From a virus, in IMG/VR virus record IMGVR_UViG_3300025018_000111, positions 1 to 64,000 of that record: a DNA stretch of 64,000 nucleotides; one strand, given 5' to 3'. Below, in pieces: positions 57,641-64,000 of this stretch (positions within the stretch are counted from its first letter, which is position 1; each line of letters starts with the position of its first letter). The notes beneath the pieces are model-generated. The model had not been told where the DNA came from. It saw only the letters and a program-made list of their open reading frames with translations, and did not search any database. The position numbers and the translations under genes are program-made.

Positions 57641-60600
57641 ATGGCATACGATTTCTCGAAAGGTTTAAAAAGGTACGGAAAAATAGGTTCTGTAAATAGA
57701 GGCGACGGATTGAGTGGGATCAAAAGTGGTCCCAACTCTCCGTTCGTTCCTCGTAAAAATCCTCATCTGTTAGCGGAATATTTTGAGTCCGAATCGACAG
57801 GTGGAGACAGTTCCAGATTGTTGGATACGTCAAGATTCGGCACGCGCAGGACGGGGCAGGAGGGCAGGGGGTACCTTTATGACGGGGTAGATGATTACTC
57901 GGTTATGGATTCAGAGATTACTCTGAGTGGGGATTTCAGTATTTCATGGCATCAAAAAGCGACTTCGTTTGCTGCTCCGTTTCACGTTTTCTACAAAGCA
58001 AGTACGGATAGAATTTATTTTAATGGGTCTAACAGCTTTAGGTTTGTTGCAAATAATTTGCAGTCTATTATTACTATTTCTCCATCATTAGTCGCCGGAA
58101 CTGATTATCATTTAGTGTTAGTCAGATCGTCTGGGCAGGTTACGTTATACATCGACGGAGTCGCGCAGGCGGACGTTGAGACAAACGCAAATGATTTTGA
58201 CATGCTTCAAGTCAGTAGATCTGATACTGATAAATTAAACGCCAAGGTTTTCGATATCAGAATTTTCGATTTTGCTCTAACTCAAACCGAGATTGATTTT
58301 GTCAGGACGTTCGGCAGATCAGGCACTGACTCTGGATTACCAATCCATTGGTGGAAATGCGACGAGCAAGCAGGGGTCATTGGTTACGACTCCGTGGGTG
58401 GGAACAACCTGACTCATAACAGCATTACGACAGCGACGTTCCACTCCACACAAGACATTTACAGTTTTCAGAATCAGGTGGGTTACAATGAAGGAAGGAA
58501 TTTGGTTCAGAGTTCTTTAACGTTAGGTACAGGATGGGGTAAACTGAATATAACCATCACGTCAGGCATATCTGACCCAGAAGGTGGGACTAACGCGCAT
58601 AAAGTTGAAGCGACAAGCACCTCCTCAACCTCGTTCACCCAAGTAGTCCCATCGCTGGCGAAATTCAGCGGATATTATGTGTATAGCTGTTACATTAAAA
58701 AAGGATCAAGCGCGACAGATTTCGGATATTTAAATTTAAGAATTAATTCAGGCCCGAGAACTGGAAATATAGCAACAGGGGTTATCAACTTTGATACCGG
58801 CGTTTTAAATGTGACAGGGAACGCTAACGCTGGCGGTCAAGCAACTATCGTTGGGGATGGTTGGTATTTGGTCGAAATTTACGACGACACTATTGTAGCT
58901 GGCGATGCTGCAAGAATTTACATTGCTACTGGTGGAGGCTCATCTAACTCAGGGATATTTGCTTATTTTTACGCTCCTCAGCTAGAGGCGGGAACACAAA
59001 GAGGTTTAACGCAGCTAACTGGTGTTTATTATATCACCGAAGACACTATTCTACCCAGCGACGAATCCGACCCAACAAAAGACGTACTCGGAAACCCGTT
59101 GACCTACACAGGACGACGACCAAACGACGCGGCTTTGATTAACTCAAATTGCGTCACGATCAACGGCACTAACCAAATCGTCCTTGTACCTCATTCGTCG
59201 GATTTAGATATTTCTGACAATTTAACGGTTAGCGTTTGGGCGAAAAACAACGACTCAGCTCTCAGTGGGGCTGTTGAGTATTTATTGTCAAGGTATGCAA
59301 CAACGTCCAGCAAAAGGATTTGGGGGCTAGCCGTGATTAGTGCAGGAAACTATTTATCGGCGCAGATAGGCAACTCGGCCGGAACTAGTGCTACCACTCA
59401 AGTTTCTACCAACGCAGTGGTCCCTGATGCGTGGAATCACTATGCTTTTACGTTTTCTGGAGGCGTTGTTAAATTGTACAATAACGGCGCGCTGCTAAGC
59501 TCTGCTGGCGCGGGGCACATGGTAACGCTGTATGATACTGATGTAGATTTGAGTCTTGGAAGTAGTTTTAGCATTGAACCGGCAACTACAAACAGATGGG
59601 ACGGCCAAATCTTTGACGCTAGAATTTACGCAGGGGACTCAACAGTTTTAACCGATGCTCAAATCCTATCAATCTACGAAAATCCGACAGGAAATATAAA
59701 CTTTGACGGCCAGACATTAGCAGCTCATTACAAACTGGCTGAGGGGGCGGGAGTGACTTGCTACGACTCCAGCGGTAACGGAAATCACGGGACTATAACT
59801 AAAGCGGTTAATAACTGGGGAGTGACTCAGGATCTTGTTCATTCAAATTTGCTCAACGGGTTCAGTCTCTACGAACACGCCAGCTCTGATCCTATCCGAG
59901 TTCCGTTTGATTCCACAGGCAATCCGATTTCAATTACGCCGCCAACAGGCTACACATTGACAGGCCATTTCCCATCAGGCTCCTACCACAACAACGCAGA
60001 GGCTGAGATTGATTTTAACCCAGACTCAACGCCAGAGATGACGAATATTTACACCGAGTCAGTATTCAATGGAACGTCGTCCCATGCGTATGTCACTAAC
60101 AATTCTGTATTAAACTTCACGGATAATCTCTCCGTCTCTTGCTGGGCAAAACATGATTCTCAAGATATTTCTACTCAATCTGACACTCTAGTTTCTATGT
60201 ATGAAAATACCGGAAACCTACAAGTCTGGAGAATGGAAATAACAACTGACCAATTATTCAGATTCATGATTGGGAACAGTGCAGGATCTGGAATGACCAA
60301 CGAAACCGCAGATGTTGCACACCCAATTGATTCTTGGAATCATTATTTGGCAACATTCGATGAAGGAGTTGTAAAACTCTATATTAACGGGGAACTTCAA
60401 TCATCTACAACAAGTTCGGCTCACGCGGCTTCTTTGAATGGTCGGTCTGGCCCATTAGTATTAGGGGCATTTAATTGGTCCGCTGGAGGAGGAAGCCAGC
60501 AAGGATGGGATGGTTCTATTAGGAATATCAGGATCTATAAGGGTGACTCCTCACCGCTTTCATCCTCTCAAATTAGTCGAGACATGATGGAAACCGAGTC

Positions 60601-61477
60601 TCAGCCTAGATTTGACGATCAAACTGTTATTGCATCTTATGATCTGGTCAAAGACACCTTAGACAGAAGCGGAAATTCTTTAAATGCCACGAACAATGGT
60701 ATCACATTCACTCAAAAAACCCTCCCGTCCGCTTATTCTTTCGGCACTGATTTAGGATCGGATGGAATCATAAGTAAAACATCAAAGTTTGAAGGCAATG
60801 AATGGGGGGCTGTATTTGACGCAAATTCTTATATTAATATTGGCGATCGAAAAAAACTAAAGATCACTATAGAACCTTTCGAGATTGAAGCTACTATCAG
60901 ACTAACTGGAACTGGAGCTTACGACATATTCTCAAAATATCAAACCGCATCCAATAAGAGATGTTATAGGTTTTACGTGTCGAATGGAGAACTGTTTTTT
61001 ACAACAACCTCAAACGGATCTACGACTGCAACATTGATAGGGTCTGTGAGTGTGAATGATGGTGAGTGGCACAAAGTAAAAGCCGTGAGAGAAACTGCGT
61101 CTTCAACAACTGTAAAATTGTATATAGACTCGGTCGAGGATACCGGAACTGCTGGAGCAATTGATTCGTCAATTTTCGATTCTAATAGCTTCGCAAGTAT
61201 CGGGGCTTACAATTTGGACGCAACTCCTGCTGGAGAGTTCGATGGGAATATTCGGGATTTAAAAGTCACTGTGGGAGGAGTTGTTGTCGGACATTGGGAA
61301 TTAAGTAAAGATACGAGAGATTCTTCTCCAAATGATTATCACGGAGAGAATACGGGCGTTACTTTTTATTCTCCAATCTCAGAATATTCGATGAATATTT
61401 TTAGTCAAGATCCTTTCAGTAAGTATTCTCAATTCGGTAAAAAATATAACAAATCAAGGTTATACGAAAATTTCTAA
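57641..61477 (+). CDS. multi-LamG (concanavalin-A-like) tail/receptor-binding protein
   Basis: Repeated TVS.WAK, WNHY..TF..G.VKLY.NG, WDG.I...RIY, DSSGNGNHG motifs. Confidence 0.85.
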   Translation: MAYDFSKGLKRYGKIGSVNRGDGLSGIKSGPNSPFVPRKNPHLLAEYFESESTGGDSSRLLDTSRFGTRRTGQEGRGYLYDGVDDYSVMDSEITLSGDFSISWHQKATSFAAPFHVFYKASTDRIYFNGSNSFRFVANNLQSIITISPSLVAGTDYHLVLVRSSGQVTLYIDGVAQADVETNANDFDMLQVSRSDTDKLNAKVFDIRIFDFALTQTEIDFVRTFGRSGTDSGLPIHWWKCDEQAGVIGYDSVGGNNLTHNSITTATFHSTQDIYSFQNQVGYNEGRNLVQSSLTLGTGWGKLNITITSGISDPEGGTNAHKVEATSTSSTSFTQVVPSLAKFSGYYVYSCYIKKGSSATDFGYLNLRINSGPRTGNIATGVINFDTGVLNVTGNANAGGQATIVGDGWYLVEIYDDTIVAGDAARIYIATGGGSSNSGIFAYFYAPQLEAGTQRGLTQLTGVYYITEDTILPSDESDPTKDVLGNPLTYTGRRPNDAALINSNCVTINGTNQIVLVPHSSDLDISDNLTVSVWAKNNDSALSGAVEYLLSRYATTSSKRIWGLAVISAGNYLSAQIGNSAGTSATTQVSTNAVVPDAWNHYAFTFSGGVVKLYNNGALLSSAGAGHMVTLYDTDVDLSLGSSFSIEPATTNRWDGQIFDARIYAGDSTVLTDAQILSIYENPTGNINFDGQTLAAHYKLAEGAGVTCYDSSGNGNHGTITKAVNNWGVTQDLVHSNLLNGFSLYEHASSDPIRVPFDSTGNPISITPPTGYTLTGHFPSGSYHNNAEAEIDFNPDSTPEMTNIYTESVFNGTSSHAYVTNNSVLNFTDNLSVSCWAKHDSQDISTQSDTLVSMYENTGNLQVWRMEITTDQLFRFMIGNSAGSGMTNETADVAHPIDSWNHYLATFDEGVVKLYINGELQSSTTSSAHAASLNGRSGPLVLGAFNWSAGGGSQQGWDGSIRNIRIYKGDSSPLSSSQISRDMMETESQPRFDDQTVIASYDLVKDTLDRSGNSLNATNNGITFTQKTLPSAYSFGTDLGSDGIISKTSKFEGNEWGAVFDANSYINIGDRKKLKITIEPFEIEATIRLTGTGAYDIFSKYQTASNKRCYRFYVSNGELFFTTTSNGSTTATLIGSVSVNDGEWHKVKAVRETASSTTVKLYIDSVEDTGTAGAIDSSIFDSNSFASIGAYNLDATPAGEFDGNIRDLKVTVGGVVVGHWELSKDTRDSSPNDYHGENTGVTFYSPISEYSMNIFSQDPFSKYSQFGKKYNKSRLYENF

Positions 61478-61480
61478 AAT

Positions 61481-62080
61481 ATGAAAACAATTAAGGTAAC
61501 AGGTCCACACGTTTTATTTTCTAGATCAAGCCCATTTTATGATGACTTAGTAGAACTTTCTACAAGAGATTCCACGAACAGACTTCATCCAAGAGATAGG
61601 CATTTTACTCTGCCCAATGGATCGAAAGTAAAAGTTGAAGTCTATAACAAAGTCTATAAGCACGGAGACTTTTCCGTGGCATATTTAGACGGAGAATCAT
61701 CGTTCTCGATGAATGACATGACAGGATGGAGCAACAGTCACCCAATGGCGAATGTTTACGATGCGCCGGTATTTATCAGCTTGTCACAAGACGAATATAA
61801 TAATTCCTCGGTTCCGAGTGGAGTATATAATTATAATCAAGAACTTCTGGACGACGAATCAAATGTCACAGGTTATGAAACTAAAACTTGGGGACAATGG
61901 ATTTCAGGAATGCCGAATCGTTATCCACAAAATCTTCAAGATGATAAAATCGGATTCGCTCTCAGTACACAAACTGATTATCTCGACGGAAAGCAAATTT
62001 ATACAATCGCAAGCGCGGGATTCACGGTCTTGAAACAAGAAGATTATCAGAACGCTCAGATAATTTCAAATCAAATATAA
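61481..62080 (+). CDS. hypothetical protein
   Basis: Co-oriented ORF. Confidence 0.7.
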   Translation: MKTIKVTGPHVLFSRSSPFYDDLVELSTRDSTNRLHPRDRHFTLPNGSKVKVEVYNKVYKHGDFSVAYLDGESSFSMNDMTGWSNSHPMANVYDAPVFISLSQDEYNNSSVPSGVYNYNQELLDDESNVTGYETKTWGQWISGMPNRYPQNLQDDKIGFALSTQTDYLDGKQIYTIASAGFTVLKQEDYQNAQIISNQI

Positions 62081-62089
62081 TATAAAATT

Positions 62090-62308
62090 ATGGAAAAAGG
62101 AAACGGGTCAAAAGATTATGTCAAATTCCACATTTTGAGAAGCAATACTCTACTATACAAAAGTTTTTTAGAAATACTGGAGGATATTAGAGATTCCAAA
62201 TCTCCATTATCTGATAATGATTATCAAAGATATAGGAAAAGAATCTTAGACAAAGGAAATGATTGTGCAAGAGATTCAAATTCAGTGATAGAAGATTTTC
62301 TTAATTGA
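62090..62308 (+). CDS. small hypothetical protein
   Basis: YRKRILDKGND. Confidence 0.7.
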   Translation: MEKGNGSKDYVKFHILRSNTLLYKSFLEILEDIRDSKSPLSDNDYQRYRKRILDKGNDCARDSNSVIEDFLN

Positions 62309-62352
62309 TTTTTAAGAAAATGTGTATAATAATTTAAGGAAAAAGGCAAAAA

Positions 62353-63153
62353 ATGAAAAAACTATATTCGTTCACTCACGATCTTGTTAAAGAAGTAAAA
62401 GTCCCTGAAAAAAAGGGAGATCAGGAAATTCTTGTTAAAAAGGAAGAAAAAGTTCCACACAAATTTATTCTTCGTAAACCTTCTCGAACAATGATTGACG
62501 ATTCCGAATTCTTTCAAAAGAAAGAGTTTAACAAATGTGTCAAATCTGGAATCTTGACTTCGGCTCAAGTTACTCGCGATGTTAATAATGACGGAGGAAT
62601 CTTTTCCGAAAATCAAAAGAAAAAAATCGAAGAGGTAACTCAGACTATCAAGTCCCTCTCTGAAAGGAAAGAGGAATTGGATAAGAAAGAGAAAAAGACA
62701 AAGAAAGAAGAGGAGGAACTGAAAGAAATCCTAGAAAAGATGAACAAAAATATTGATGAGATTGAGAATATTCAGTCTTTGTCTTATCGTGTTTTCGATA
62801 ATACCGCAGAAATCTATACTCGAAACAAATTGATTAACTGGTGGTTGGTTCATCTGTTGTACGAAGAAGTGGATGGAAAAATGGTTCCTTTCTTCGGAGA
62901 TGGGAACGAGGATGACAAGTTTAAAAAATATGATGAACTCGAAGAAGAGGAAGAAGAATCTTTTTCCGAATTTTTTGAATCCATGATTAAGAGAGTCGTT
63001 TCTTTAGTTGTGTTCTGGTATATGAGCGAAGAAACCCCAGACCAAAAAACATTCGAGATCATTGATCCGGCGTTAGAAAAAAAGAAGGAAGACGGGAAGG
63101 CAAAGAACAAGAAAAAAGACGAGGAGAATGAACAAAAAAACAGCGAATCTTAA
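62353..63153 (+). CDS. putative tail assembly chaperone
   Basis: Acidic coiled-coil protein after tail genes; position only. Confidence 0.5.
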   Translation: MKKLYSFTHDLVKEVKVPEKKGDQEILVKKEEKVPHKFILRKPSRTMIDDSEFFQKKEFNKCVKSGILTSAQVTRDVNNDGGIFSENQKKKIEEVTQTIKSLSERKEELDKKEKKTKKEEEELKEILEKMNKNIDEIENIQSLSYRVFDNTAEIYTRNKLINWWLVHLLYEEVDGKMVPFFGDGNEDDKFKKYDELEEEEEESFSEFFESMIKRVVSLVVFWYMSEETPDQKTFEIIDPALEKKKEDGKAKNKKKDEENEQKNSES

Positions 63154-64000
63154 AAAGATTTTCTCTGAGATTTTGTTTGGATATTCCTCGTGTAACTACA
63201 AAGACCGAAAATTTAAAATAAGACATCTAACTCCAAAAGAAGATATGGAGTTAGATTTTTATTATCAGTGTGTAGAGGACGAGGCGGAGGAGAAAGGATA
63301 CCCAACAGAAGAGGAGAAAGTTGAGGAATTGATTTCGGTCGGCTCTTGGTCTAAAGAAAAAGACGAGGAAATTAAAAGGGATCAAGAACATCTAAAAGGA
63401 ATCATCAAAACTAAGGAAAAATTGTTCCAAAAAAGAATGATTGAGGAATTGGAAAAGAGTGAGGAAAAGGTCAAAAAGAAAATCCAAGATCTTCAGCTTG
63501 AAAGATATAATTTATTGTATCCTACAAGAGAGGACTATATTAACAAAAGAATAAACGACTATTATATTTTCTTATCATTAGTAGATTATGATGGGAGCCA
63601 GATTTTTGAGTCATTTTCAGAATTTGACGAAGAAGATGATGATGTAATTATCAATTATAGAGACCTGTTTTTAGACGTTTATAGAAGGATCAGCTATGAT
63701 AATATTAAGAAAATATCCGTATCTCAATTTTTTCTAGAACTTTTCATTTGTTGCGGTGACAATCCGATGACTTTTTACGGAGAAAGCGTGAAAAATCTCA
63801 CTAATTTCCAAGTCTTGTTATTCAACACGGGTAAAAAATACAAAGATTTGATCCAGAATAGCGATTCAGAAATTCCTCAAGAGTATTTTGAAGATCCCGA
63901 CAAGTTAATCGCCTTTGTTAATAAGTCCAAAAATGAACAAGAGGCAGAATCTAAAAACAAATTTGATAACAGAGGAATTATGGACGATGGATTAGACTCT
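63128..64000 (+). CDS. hypothetical protein, 3' truncated by window
   Basis: MNKKTANLKKIFSEILFGYSS...; appears open to the window end. Confidence 0.75.
   Translation, partial: MNKKTANLKKIFSEILFGYSSCNYKDRKFKIRHLTPKEDMELDFYYQCVEDEAEEKGYPTEEEKVEELISVGSWSKEKDEEIKRDQEHLKGIIKTKEKLFQKRMIEELEKSEEKVKKKIQDLQLERYNLLYPTREDYINKRINDYYIFLSLVDYDGSQIFESFSEFDEEDDDVIINYRDLFLDVYRRISYDNIKKISVSQFFLELFICCGDNPMTFYGESVKNLTNFQVLLFNTGKKYKDLIQNSDSEIPQEYFEDPDKLIAFVNKSKNEQEAESKNKFDNRGIMDDGLDS

Larger units (their letters stand above)
31321..62326. promoter_or_regulatory. Recurring GTGTA motif upstream of late genes (putative phage late promoter)
   Basis: + at 31380, 31402, 36555, 45197, 46438, 48917, 49662, 55954, 62322; - at 31321; about 10-45 nt before start codons. 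Confidence 0.6.

Noticed and set aside
63128-63153. Tail-chaperone-type -1 frameshift at A AAA AAC (63135-63141)
   Set aside because: The -1 frame closes after about 28 codons; the downstream ORF is in the +1 frame and has its own ATG
1-64000. tRNA or rRNA genes; host assignment
   Set aside because: No cloverleaf or rRNA signature seen by eye; canonical sigma70 promoters with weak Shine-Dalgarno use are not enough to name a host

Overview
AT-rich segment of a large tailed dsDNA phage genome (terminase, portal, protease/scaffold, major capsid, tail-tube paralogues, LamG tail protein, intein-containing nrdB/nrdA, sigma-like factor, PhoH) in four zones. (1) 1-18 kb is a + strand accessory array of mostly monocistronic units (terminator, sigma70-type TTGACA promoter, ORF). 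It is punctuated by a 14-bp palindrome AATATA-NN-TATATT, of which I counted 34 copies by eye between 140 and 22737 and none further right. Blocks of homology repeatedly begin or end at this site and reusable non-coding hairpin modules occur in both orientations, which suggests a palindrome-delimited cassette-shuffling system or a polar protein-binding array. Cargo includes four mosaic LRR-like 20-aa-repeat paralogues, a beta-clamp-like protein, a possible Csx20-like ring nuclease, paired 33-aa peptides and a tnpB-only IS. (2) 18-21.9 kb holds a RuvB-like AAA+ gene and repeat-rich non-coding DNA where transcription and site polarity converge (possible origin/terminus region). (3) 21.9-31.3 kb is a - strand block of small genes with three DNA methyltransferases, one split at an A8 run. 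(4) 31.4-64 kb is a + strand late/structural block with a recurring GTGTA promoter-like motif. All calls come from motif recognition by eye; no searches were run.
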